Source: Candidatus Rokuibacteriota bacterium (lineage in GTDB: Bacteria > JAUVQV01 > DATDCY01). Taken from it: a stretch of DNA of 64,000 nucleotides. The notes beneath the pieces were generated by a model. The model was not told the DNA's origin and searched no databases. It saw only the letters and a list, made by a program, of their open reading frames with translations. The DNA lies in NCBI GenBank assembly GCA_031406795.1, contig JANOHV010000005.1, positions 1-64,000 of the forward strand. The letters are read 5' to 3'. Shown here in pieces: positions 20,839 to 29,928 of this stretch (the first letter of the stretch is position 1; every line of letters begins with the position of its first letter). Made by a program: the position numbers and the translations under genes.

Positions 20839-21920
20839 TGCGACACTCGCCGCTGCGTCACCTCGGCGCGCTGTTCTGGAAGCGCCGGCCGCTCCACCTG
20901 ACCTTCTTCGTCACCCGGCGCTGCGATGGGCGCTGCGACTTTTGTTTCTCGCGCGGGCGGTCGACGGCGACCGGCCCCGAACTCTCGGTCGCCGAAGTCG
21001 CACGACTGGCCCCCACGGTCGGACCGCTGCTCTGGCTCGCCTACTCCGGCGGGGAGCCGACGCTGCGCGAGGACCTGCCCGAGATTACCGGCATCTTCGC
21101 CAGGCACTGCCGGCCGGTCATCGTGCTGCTCTCCACGAACGGCCTCGACCCGAGGCGCACCGCCGCGGCAGCCGCGGGGCTGCTCGACGCTGCGCCCCGG
21201 AGCACGATCGTCGTGAAGCTCTCGCTGGACGGTCCGCCGGAGCTTCACGATCGTCTGCGCGGCGTGCCCGGCGCGCACGCCCGCGTTCTCGAAAGTCTTC
21301 GACTGCTGCGGCAGCTGGCGGCACGGGAGCGGCGCCTGGAGATCGGGATCAACACCGTCCTCAATGCCTCGAACCAGGAGGCAGCCGGAGAACTCTTCAC
21401 CGAGGTCTCGCGCCTGGCTGGCGTCGACACCCACACGCTCAGCCTGGTGCGCGGCACGATCCCCGACCCCGCGCTCGGCACGGTCGATCCGGCGCGCTAC
21501 CTCCTGGCCGCGGAAACACTTGCCCGCCAGCTGCGCGAAGGGTCCCAGCCCCGGTACCGCTTCCTCGGCGCGCGGCTCAAGGCGGCCCAGGACATCCTTC
21601 AGCGGCGACTTATCGCCGAAACCCTCAAGCGGCGGGGGCGCGTCATCCCGTGCCACGCCGGACGTCTCAACCTGGTACTCGACGAGCAGGGCGGACTTTA
21701 CCCTTGCGAGGATTTCTCCCTGCGACTGGGCAATGTCCGCGACAACGATCTCGACGTCCGGGCCACGGCGCGCTCGTCGCCGGCCCGCGCGGTTCTCGCG
21801 GGAATCGGCCGCGGCGAATGCTGGTGCACGCACGAGTGTTACCTGATGACCAACATCCTCTTCAGCCTGCGGCAGTACCCCGCGCTGCTGGCGGAGTACT
21901 TGCGCCTGCCGTCCCGGTAA
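20838..21920 (+). CDS. radical SAM protein with SPASM/twitch-like C-terminus
   Basis: CDGRCDFC, SGGEP, SLDG, C-terminal PCHAG..YPCE..CWCTHEC; ATG overlaps upstream TGA. Confidence 0.88.
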   Translation: MRHSPLRHLGALFWKRRPLHLTFFVTRRCDGRCDFCFSRGRSTATGPELSVAEVARLAPTVGPLLWLAYSGGEPTLREDLPEITGIFARHCRPVIVLLSTNGLDPRRTAAAAAGLLDAAPRSTIVVKLSLDGPPELHDRLRGVPGAHARVLESLRLLRQLAARERRLEIGINTVLNASNQEAAGELFTEVSRLAGVDTHTLSLVRGTIPDPALGTVDPARYLLAAETLARQLREGSQPRYRFLGARLKAAQDILQRRLIAETLKRRGRVIPCHAGRLNLVLDEQGGLYPCEDFSLRLGNVRDNDLDVRATARSSPARAVLAGIGRGECWCTHECYLMTNILFSLRQYPALLAEYLRLPSR

Positions 21921-22080
21921 GCCCGGGCCTGCAGCGGGACGCGGAAGGCTCCGGCGTCGAACGAAGCCCTGCCCGACCTGCCATCCGGACTCCCGGTACT
22001 CAACTTTCACTATTGAAGATGTCAAGTATCAATCCCGGCTTTCGTCCGATTGCGAAAAGAAAATCAAAAACGCGGAATAT

Positions 22081-22140
22081 TCGTGAATATGTGCACAACA
22101 CTAGTAAACCGATTGACTTTAATTTCCAGTAGCTTAATCT
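22081..22140 (+). promoter_or_regulatory. Rex-like palindrome plus putative sigma-70 promoter
   Basis: TCGTGAA-tatg-TGCACAA (cf. TTGTGAA-N4-TTCACAA) followed by TTGACT-16 nt-TAATCT in an AT-rich island. Confidence 0.45.
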
Positions 22141-22317
22141 TGACTCAATGACTCAGTTGCGGCAATCAATGAAACGAGCAACCGCATACCGTTTGGGAGG
22201 TGATGGGTAGCGATCGACCAGAGGTGGGTCGGAGCGTTGGCCGGAGGCGGTCAGTGATTTCCCGAGAGTTGGCGGAAAACCGCCGGCATAAACCAGCAGC
22301 AGAGGAGGAGTGGAAAG

Positions 22318-23463
22318 ATGAAGAAGCTGATCAAGGTAGCGGGCATGGCAGCGGTTGTCGCCGCTGTCGTGGCCATCGGCACTCAGATGTTCAGCCCGGC
22401 GCCGGTTGTTTCCAAGGGCGCGGTGTACGGCGGGAAGCTGTATGTCGCCGGCCATGGCGGCCACATCGCCGTCGCCGAAGTCCAGATCGACCCGACCGCG
22501 GAGAAGCCCATCTCGATCACCAACCTCGACCGCATCGAGATCGGCACCCCGAAGAGCCACCCGTTCCACGATGTCCGCATCGACCCGTCGAACCGCGACC
22601 TGCTCTTCTACAGCACCTACAAGCTCGACGCCGAGGAAGGCCCCAACAAGGGCAAACTGCACTTCGGCTCGGTTGACCTCAAGGGCGAGAAGACGATCAA
22701 GGACGTCGCCCTGGCCGTCGATGCGCGCGCGACCGCGGATGGCGGCTTCACCGGCGCCAACTACTGCGCCTCGGGTCAGAGCAAGGATTTCTACTTCCCG
22801 GTCACGATGGCCATGGAAGGCTACATCGACGTCATCGACAAAAGGACGATGGAGCAGAAGCACCGCGTCTTCGTCGACTCGCTCGTCGGCAAGACCGGCT
22901 ACCAGTTCATGCACGGCAACACCTCGCCGGACATGAAGACCTTCCTGCTCGTGGTCAACAAGGCCAGCGGCACCCCCAAGGAAGGCTGGGCCACCACCGG
23001 CGAGCTGGCGCTGTTCCTGCTCGACGTGCCCGCCCTCGAAAAGGGTGAGCTGAAGGTTCTGCAGCAGGCGACGCTCGCCGGCGGCAACCCGAAGAGCACG
23101 ATCACCTTCCGCCAGTATTTCACGCCGGACGGCAAGTACGTCCTGCAGTCGGCGAACGACCTGTTTTACGTGATCGACGCGAAGACGCTGGCGATGGTGG
23201 CGAAGGAAAACCGCCAGGACGGCATGAACCACGACGCCTTCCCGACCCCGGACAGCAAGTACGCGATCCTCACGCTGCGCAAGAAGGGCCAGTGGGAGGG
23301 CTGCAACGAGCCGATCCAGGACGGCGTGATCCAGCTCTACGACATCGAGAACAAGAAGCTGCTTGGCGGCGGCGAGTCGGTCTGCTACGCCTGCCACAAG
23401 GGCGAGAAGATCACCAAGGACGCGATCCTCTGCGGCCTGGACGGGAACTGGAACAAGAACTAG
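22318..23463 (+). CDS. exported His-rich putative beta-propeller protein with one C-terminal CxxCH
   Basis: Signal/anchor helix; blade-like motifs (FMHGNTSPD, YFTPDGKYV, NHDAFPTPDSKY); CYACH; strong SD and strongly biased codon use. Confidence 0.7.
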   Translation: MKKLIKVAGMAAVVAAVVAIGTQMFSPAPVVSKGAVYGGKLYVAGHGGHIAVAEVQIDPTAEKPISITNLDRIEIGTPKSHPFHDVRIDPSNRDLLFYSTYKLDAEEGPNKGKLHFGSVDLKGEKTIKDVALAVDARATADGGFTGANYCASGQSKDFYFPVTMAMEGYIDVIDKRTMEQKHRVFVDSLVGKTGYQFMHGNTSPDMKTFLLVVNKASGTPKEGWATTGELALFLLDVPALEKGELKVLQQATLAGGNPKSTITFRQYFTPDGKYVLQSANDLFYVIDAKTLAMVAKENRQDGMNHDAFPTPDSKYAILTLRKKGQWEGCNEPIQDGVIQLYDIENKKLLGGGESVCYACHKGEKITKDAILCGLDGNWNKN

Positions 23464-23498
23464 CCTGAAACGAACCGGCGATTGCGCCGGGAGTGTCG

Positions 23499-23537
23499 AC
23501 GGGGAGCGGGAACCATCCCGCTCCCCGTTTTCTTTTC
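23499..23537 (+). terminator. Rho-independent terminator
   Basis: acggggagcggga-acca-tcccgctccccgt followed by tttcttttc. Confidence 0.8.
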
Positions 23538-23538
23538 C

Positions 23539-24012
23539 CTACTTCCGCTCGGGGCGGGTAATCGCGAGGTACGCGGCGACATCGGCGACCTCGGCCTCGG
23601 TCAGGAGTCCCGGCTTCATTTCCGACATCCGCTGCGCCGTCGCCAGCCAGTCGGCGGCGGACTTGAACTTCCCGAGCGGCAGGTCGGTGGCGTGGCAGGA
23701 GGAGCACTTCGCTTCGAACGTGTTTTTGGTCAGCAGGTACGCGACGATCTGGGCCCGCTCTTCCCTGTTCACCTCGGCCCCGGTGTCGTGCATCCGCTCG
23801 ACGGTCTTCTCCCACCCCGCCCTGTCGAAAGTCTTCGACAACGGCCGCTCCAAGCCGTGACAGACGCCGCAGGCCCGCTCAAAGAGTGCCTTCGCGGAGG
23901 TCATGCTCTCGATGGGGCTCGAATCCGCAGCCCGTGCGTCAACCGGCGAACCCACTCCAACGAGCGCGAACACTGCTGCCGCGGCAACCGCCCGAAATAG
24001 AACGCGCTTCAT
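23539..24012 (-). CDS. periplasmic diheme cytochrome c
   Basis: Signal peptide; CGVCH and CSSCH, each followed by W..T..RM. Confidence 0.85.
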   Translation of the reverse strand: MKRVLFRAVAAAAVFALVGVGSPVDARAADSSPIESMTSAKALFERACGVCHGLERPLSKTFDRAGWEKTVERMHDTGAEVNREERAQIVAYLLTKNTFEAKCSSCHATDLPLGKFKSAADWLATAQRMSEMKPGLLTEAEVADVAAYLAITRPERK

Positions 24013-24147
24013 GACTTACCCTCCTTTTTGCTGTGATTTCGAAGTGACCGAAACGATTCCGCCACGATGGACAACCCGATTTGGCCGCGCCAGCCACCCG
24101 AGCCGCAACGCCGCCAGGGGGATCGTCGCCCCCTGAACGACCCGGGC

Positions 24148-26073
24148 TTACGGGAGGATTCGTCCGCGGTCCATGGTGACGACGCGGTCGGCGTCCTTCG
24201 TGATCTCACGTTCGTGTGTCACCATCGCGATCGTCACGCCGCGACGGTGCAACTCGCGAAAGAGGCCCATCACCTCCTGCTCGGTCTCGACGTCCAGGTC
24301 CCCGGTCGGCTCGTCGGCGAGAATCAGCTGCGGGTCGAGGATGAACGCCCGTGCGATCGCCACCCGGCGTTGCTGCCCGCCGGAGAGCTGGCCCGGGTAG
24401 GCGTCGATCTTGTCGGCGAGCCCGACGAGCCCCAGCAGCCGCCGGCCCTCTTCCTCGACACCCGGCGGCGGCGCCGGCGAGAAGGCCGCCGGCAACAGCA
24501 CGTTTTCCAGCGCCGTCAGCGTCGGCACGAGGCTTGCGAATTGGAAGATGAAGCCGATCGAGCGGTTTCGCACCGCGGCGAGACGGGCCTCGTCGAGACG
24601 GGCGACATCCTCTCCGGCGAGCAGGATTTCGCCGTGAGTCGGCCGCGTCAGCCCGCCGATCAACGAGAGCAGCGTCGTCTTCCCCGAGCCGGAGTGCCCG
24701 AGGATCGCCAGAAACTCGCCGCGGCGGATCTCCAGCGAGAGCCCCTCGATTGCCGCGACGTGCCCGTCGGCCGCCGGATAGCGCTTCTCCAGCTCGCGGA
24801 CGCGCACGAGCAAATCCGCGGGGAGGGGCGGGCAGGGCCCGGGAATCCCCGGGGGGCATACCGAAGGCGACTCGCCGGTGTCCTTGATGGCGTCGAGCGG
24901 GTCGATCCGGCTGACCCGCAGCACGGGCTGCAGGGCCCCGAGCACCGCGACGCCGACCGCCGCGCCGAGCCCGCCGGCGCCGATCGCCAGCAGCACCAGA
25001 GGCGAGAAGTACACCGGGAAACGCGTCACCTCGTCCACGGCGCGCACCGCCGGCACGCTCAAGGCCGCGCCCGCTGCGATGCCGACCAGTCCGCCGATCA
25101 ACCCCGTCGCGACGGCCTCGGCGAGAAAGAGCCGGATCACGTGGCCGCGGGTCGCCCCGAGCGAGCGCAGAATGCCCACCTCTCGCGTGCGCTCGTTCGC
25201 GACCGCGGAGAAGACCGAGGCCACGACCAGCAGCGCGAGGATCGAGCCCACGGCGACGGTGAGCAGGAAGATCTGCAGCGTCACCCGGAAGAAGCGCGTC
25301 AGCCGGCTGCCGATCTCGCCGCGGGTGATCGCCTTGACGTCGAGGTTTTCGCGCTCGATCGTCTTGGCGACGGTGTCCGGGTCGAAGCCGCGGCGCAACG
25401 CGACAAAAGCGACGGAGACCTCGTCGGGGGAGACCACGTAAGGCGTGAGCTTCTTCTCGATGGCCTCGCGCACGTCCACCTCGCGCAGAAAGACCGTGTT
25501 GTCGAGCGGCGTGCCCGTCACGTCGAGAGTGGCGGCGACGTTGAATTTCATCCCCAACAGCCAGGTCTCCCGGCTCATCTCGATGGAGCTGATGCCCTCC
25601 ACCTTGCCGCCGAGCACCACCTCGTCCTTGCCGAGTTTGCGCTTGAGCCGCTGTTCGATCCAGGGGGTGATGACGAAGTCGGTCTCCGGGTCGAAGGCGA
25701 CGATCCGGGCCGAGGAGATGCTGCAGCAGACCCCCGCCAGCGTGGCGAGGTAGGTGTGCGCAGTGACCTTCTCGATGGCCGGCATCTCACGCAGCCGCGC
25801 CAGCATGTCGCGTTTGATGTGGAGGCTGAGCCGGTCGGTCGCGAAGAGGAACTCCTCCGGATTGGTGACCGCGCCGGGGGGCGCGACCATGATGTCGCCG
25901 CCCATCCGCCGCAGGGTGAGCTGAATGCCCTGTCCGAGCCGAAGCAGGGAGGCGAGCGAGAAGATGACGAGCGTCGCGAGCAGCGCGATGGAGAGCAGCA
26001 GCGAAAGCGTCCGGAATGGCCGGCGGCGCAAGTTGCGCACGGCGATGGCGCCGAGCCCGCGCACGTGCGCCAT
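24148..26073 (-). CDS. ABC transporter, FtsX-like permease fused to C-terminal LolD-like ATPase
   Basis: RNLRRRPFRT, ERTREVGILRSLGA, GHSGSGKTT, LSGGQQRR, ILADEPTG; ATG 26073. Confidence 0.88.
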   Translation of the reverse strand: MAHVRGLGAIAVRNLRRRPFRTLSLLLSIALLATLVIFSLASLLRLGQGIQLTLRRMGGDIMVAPPGAVTNPEEFLFATDRLSLHIKRDMLARLREMPAIEKVTAHTYLATLAGVCCSISSARIVAFDPETDFVITPWIEQRLKRKLGKDEVVLGGKVEGISSIEMSRETWLLGMKFNVAATLDVTGTPLDNTVFLREVDVREAIEKKLTPYVVSPDEVSVAFVALRRGFDPDTVAKTIERENLDVKAITRGEIGSRLTRFFRVTLQIFLLTVAVGSILALLVVASVFSAVANERTREVGILRSLGATRGHVIRLFLAEAVATGLIGGLVGIAAGAALSVPAVRAVDEVTRFPVYFSPLVLLAIGAGGLGAAVGVAVLGALQPVLRVSRIDPLDAIKDTGESPSVCPPGIPGPCPPLPADLLVRVRELEKRYPAADGHVAAIEGLSLEIRRGEFLAILGHSGSGKTTLLSLIGGLTRPTHGEILLAGEDVARLDEARLAAVRNRSIGFIFQFASLVPTLTALENVLLPAAFSPAPPPGVEEEGRRLLGLVGLADKIDAYPGQLSGGQQRRVAIARAFILDPQLILADEPTGDLDVETEQEVMGLFRELHRRGVTIAMVTHEREITKDADRVVTMDRGRILP

Positions 26074-26187
26074 CAGCGCGCCCTCTCGCAGATCATCATG
26101 CGGGGAACTTTCACACACGGGCCGCGGACCGTCAAGCGGGGACAGATTTTCGCTCGATCTTGCGCCGTCTTCCGGCATTCCCGAGCA

Positions 26188-26238
26188 GGCTGCGGGGTCC
26201 TGACGCTGCGGACCTCCCCTCCGCGCCACCCCTCCGCC
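26188..26238. repeat. dispersed repeat family B, short copy
   Basis: 30-nt and 21-nt blocks identical to 58756-58785 and 58842-58862. Confidence 0.8.
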
Positions 26239-26345
26239 AGGTGCGTGCCATCTCCCCTGGCCTCTGCGTATCGAAAGGCTGTAGACTCTCCGTTGCGTGC
26301 CAATTGCAAACTGGCCGTTTCGGCCGACAACCGGGGAGGGCGACC

Positions 26346-26843
26346 GTGCGAAAGATCGGAACGACAATCGTGCTGGCAATCGTTCTGGCCTCGTTCATCA
26401 GCGGGGCGAAGGCCGGGGCGGCGGAGAAGGACATCGAGAAAATACCCTCCTGCCAGTACTGCGGCATGGATCGCACGAAGTTCGCCGCGACGCGCATGCT
26501 CGTCGAGTACGCCAACGGCACGACCATCGGCGTCTGCAGCATCCACTGCGCGGCCGTGGAACTGGCGCAGAGCTTCGGCAAGGAGATCAACGCACTGAAG
26601 GTCGCGGACTACCGCAATGGCCGGCTGATCGACGCCGAGAAAGCGCTGTGGGTGGTCGGTGCCGGCCTGCCGGGGGTGATGGCCGCGAAAAGCCGCGTCG
26701 CCTTCGCCGACCGGGCACAGGCCGAGGCCTTCCGCAAGGACAAGGGCGGCGAGATCGCCGACTTCAACGCGGCCATCACCTCGACCTACTGCGACATGTG
26801 GCCTGACACGCAGGCAATCCGCTCGCGGCGAACGAAGCACTGA
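26346..26843 (+). CDS. NosL-family protein
   Basis: Signal peptide; CQYCGM, CSIHC, IDAEKALWVVG, GVMA..VAF; GTG with GGAGG SD. Confidence 0.82.
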   Translation: MRKIGTTIVLAIVLASFISGAKAGAAEKDIEKIPSCQYCGMDRTKFAATRMLVEYANGTTIGVCSIHCAAVELAQSFGKEINALKVADYRNGRLIDAEKALWVVGAGLPGVMAAKSRVAFADRAQAEAFRKDKGGEIADFNAAITSTYCDMWPDTQAIRSRRTKH

Positions 26844-26863
26844 GCGGCGTTGCCGGTGGCCGG

Positions 26864-27256
26864 CTAGCGGATGCCGCCCTGCTCGGACACGACCTTGACG
26901 GCGGAGACGAAATACCCCGTCTCCCCGAAGCAGGTCGTCGGGACGCCGACATGCTGCTCGTAGCTGACGGCGACCTTGGCCCCGATCGAATCGTTGATCT
27001 GCCGGGCGACCGCTTCGCTGGGCACGGTGAAGGGAAACTTCTCCGCGACGGTCCCGGGCATGGAGACAAGCGCCATCTCGCCCTCCCAGGTCTTGCACAG
27101 CCACCCCTTCTTCGACAGCTTCTGGACGTAGCCCGCGCGCTCGCCGGAGGAGAAACTCCAGTGGAGCACGATCCAGGTGTAGGCGGCGGCGGCCAGCGCC
27201 GGCAGGAACAGGACGATCACCAACCACTTCAGCATCTTCACCCCGGCGATTCCCAT
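26864..27256 (-). CDS. conserved hypothetical single-TM protein
   Basis: N-terminal TM, SSGERAGYVQKLSKKGWLCKTWEGE motif, GAGGAGG SD. Confidence 0.65.
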   Translation of the reverse strand: MGIAGVKMLKWLVIVLFLPALAAAAYTWIVLHWSFSSGERAGYVQKLSKKGWLCKTWEGEMALVSMPGTVAEKFPFTVPSEAVARQINDSIGAKVAVSYEQHVGVPTTCFGETGYFVSAVKVVSEQGGIR

Positions 27257-27323
27257 GCGGTCCCTCCTCGTGCGGCATTGAGCCGCCGTCGCCCGACGCG
27301 AGCCGGGCGACGACGCGGCCCAC

Positions 27324-29522
27324 CTATTTCTTCATCATCGGCGAGCGCTCCCAGGATACCCAGGAACCGTCGTGAACCGCAACGTTCGGGTAGCCGAGGT
27401 ACCTGAGCGCGAACCAGGCCCCGGCGGCCTGCTGTCCCGTGTTGCAGGTGACGATGATCCGCTTGTCTTTCGTGATCCCGCGGGATTCCAGCAGCCAGAC
27501 GAGCGCCTGCGGATCCTTGAAGAAGCCCTCGACGGTCCACAACCCCTGCACCGAGAGGTTCACGGTCCTGTCGATGTGCCCGGTCTGCACCGTGAGGGGG
27601 TGCTTCTGCAATCCCTGGTACTGGCCGACCGGGCGCACATCCAGCACGATCGTCCCCGGGTCCTGCAGCGCCGCGGCCGTCTGGCGGTTGTTCACGATGA
27701 CCGCGTTGTCGACGGCGGGGGTGAAAACGCGCGGCAGGGCCGGCGGCGGATCCCCGGCCACGAGGGGCAGCTTCGCCTCCTTCGTCCAGGCGTCAACCCC
27801 GCCATTGAGGACCGCCACATTGCCGTGGCCGAGCCGCTGCAGGGCGAAGGCCAGGAAGGGCGCCTCGAGCCCGCCTGCATCGTAGACCACCACGCGCAGG
27901 CTGGTGTCGATCCCGCGGCTGCCCAGCAGGACGGCAAGTTCCTCGGGCGCCTTCATGGTCATCGCCCGGGGCGTCGCATCGGGCGGGTGGCGCAGTTCGC
28001 CCTGGACATTGAAGGCCACCGCCCCCTCGATATGGCCCTTCTTGTAGGCGGCACCCGTGCGCGCATCGACTACGACCAGGGGCTCTTTCTTCTGCAGCAG
28101 CTCGTGCAGGGCCTCGGCCGAAACAAGCATCGCGGCATTCACCTGCACGACCGGGTTCTTGAAGGTGTCCTCGGCGCGCCTGGTCGGGATCTTGTCGTCG
28201 GCCACGACAACCGCCTTGTTCGCGCCCTTCTCGTAGTCGAGCAGGTCGCTCTCGGCGAGGAAGACCGAGCGTTCGCCGTGACAGTGGTTGCAGGAGACGT
28301 TCCGCCACGTCAACTTCTGGATGTTGTGCGGCGAGGCGCGCTTCCAGGTCGGAACGTTGTCGAAGGTCTTGAAGCCGTCCTTCCCGTAGAAGTCGAAGAC
28401 GTCCTTGTCGGAGGGTTCGTGCCGCACGAGGATCCACTTCTCGGTGAGCCCCGTCCCCGGGTAGTTCAAGCCGATCTTGAAAGATTCGGTCTCCATCTGG
28501 TTCACGAAGTAGACGACACCCTGGTCGTCCTTGCCGGTGTGGCAGCTGTAGCAGTTCACGTAGTCCTGGGAGTGGCAGACCTGGCACTGCACCTTGCCGG
28601 CGTGGTCCTGGTGCTGTTGCGTCTTCCCGAGGTCCTTCTCGTGGCACCCCGTGCACTTGGGCAGCTGCGGCAACTGGTAGCGCGAGGTCAGCCCCTCGCC
28701 GGAGGCGTGCATCTCCCCCGCCGGGTGACAGGCCATGCAGTCCATTGCCAGCTTCGCCAGGTGCGCGTCCCCGATGCCGCGGCTGCCGAAATACTCGTCC
28801 CCCACGCGGCTGCCATGGCAGGCGGTGCACTGGTTCACCATGTCGGGCTTCTTGTTGAAGACGTGACCGTTCACCAGCCCGCTCTTGGAGAACTTGGGCC
28901 GGCTCACGTGGCACTGGCCGCAGCTGGAGTGGCAGGGGGTGCAGTGGTTCTTGCGCCCCTGGTCGACCACCGCATCCCAGTTGTGGGGATCGTCGCCGGC
29001 GCGGGCCCGCATGACCTTCGTGAAGGTGGAGAGGGTCGCGTGCAGGGACGTCGCCCCCGTCTTCACCTCGTTCTCGTGGCATTCCGCACAGACGATCTTC
29101 TCGCTCTTGCCGAAGGGCGGAACCTCGGTGGGGTCCTTGACGACGCCCTTGTGGGACTCCAGGCGCTCGACGGCGACGGGGTTGCCCCCGTGGCACTCCG
29201 CGCAGGCCTTCTCACCGTGCTCCGTGGCGAAGAACTTCTGCGATATGAAGACCTTTTCCCATAGCTCCAACGGAGCTACCGATCCCCCTCAGCCCTTCCC
29301 CGCCTGGAGTGCGGAGACCGGCGGTGTCGGTACCTTGGCGGCCTCCGCCTTGAGCTTCTCGGCGTCGGTGTGGCAGGCGACACAGCTGGAGGCCGGCTTT
29401 GCTGCCGCAGCAGCGGCACACGTATCGGACGACAGCACGGCGGCGGCGGCCACGATGCTGACACCGAGCATTCGCCAAACACGCCATTGGTGCGAACGAG
29501 AACCTCCCTGACAATGCGTCAT
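27324..29522 (-). CDS. putative selenoprotein: multiheme (11 CxxCH) cytochrome c fused to tandem rhodanese domains; UGA at 29289-29291 read as Sec
   Basis: ORFs 29289..29654 and 27324..29270 are in frame, joined by GKG-UGA-GGSVAPL; SECIS-like hairpin follows; C-terminal VTCNTGQQA and HDGSWVSW rhodanese motifs. Confidence 0.82.
29262..29278 (-). promoter_or_regulatory. bacterial SECIS-like stem-loop
   Basis: mRNA UGA-GGGGGAUCGG-UAGCUCC-GUU-GGAGCUA: perfect 7-bp stem with a G-first loop 17 nt after UGA. Confidence 0.72.
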
Positions 29523-29928
29523 GCGTCCCTCCCTCTCGGTCTCCTGGCCAATCGCCCGGCGAGCCCGGCACCGGCTGCCGAATCGAACTCCGTTGAGGTC
29601 TCCAGTGCTTACCCTACCGAACCGCTCCCCGTCAATAGATAAAAGATTGAACAACCCGATATTCTAGGCGATTCAAGGCTGTCCAGCCGTTCGCCACAAA
29701 GATTATTTCTGCTCCCGGCGGAGGCCGAAGGAAACAGACCGTCCGGAATCGGCGCCGACCGCATGCTCCGGGAATTATCCGACACCGCTTCTTAATCCTT
29801 ATTCGTTGACAAACATTCACATTTTAGGTAACTAACCAACCCAATACTGGCAGTCGGCGTCGGGCATCTACGACATCCGGTCTGCCTGGAACAGGCAATT
29901 CACACCGTGCACTGGGGGGCGTTTGGGC

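Noticed and set aside
22200-22676. ORF following a GGAGGTG sequence upstream of the propeller gene
   Set aside because: Overlaps the real gene out of frame, Arg-rich junk translation, and SD-start spacing is implausible.
26346-26843. Denitrification (nos) cluster
   Set aside because: NosL alone; no nosZ, nosD or nosR seen, and NosL-family proteins occur outside nos clusters.
18653-26843. Additional Sec read-through at other TGA stops (dsrE 19018, GT2 20838, nosL 26843)
   Set aside because: The proteins appear complete at those stops and the next gene starts or converges immediately.
29289-29654. Separate small monoheme protein gene as in the ORF track
   Set aside because: In frame with the downstream multiheme ORF across one UGA with a SECIS-like hairpin; better explained as one selenoprotein.
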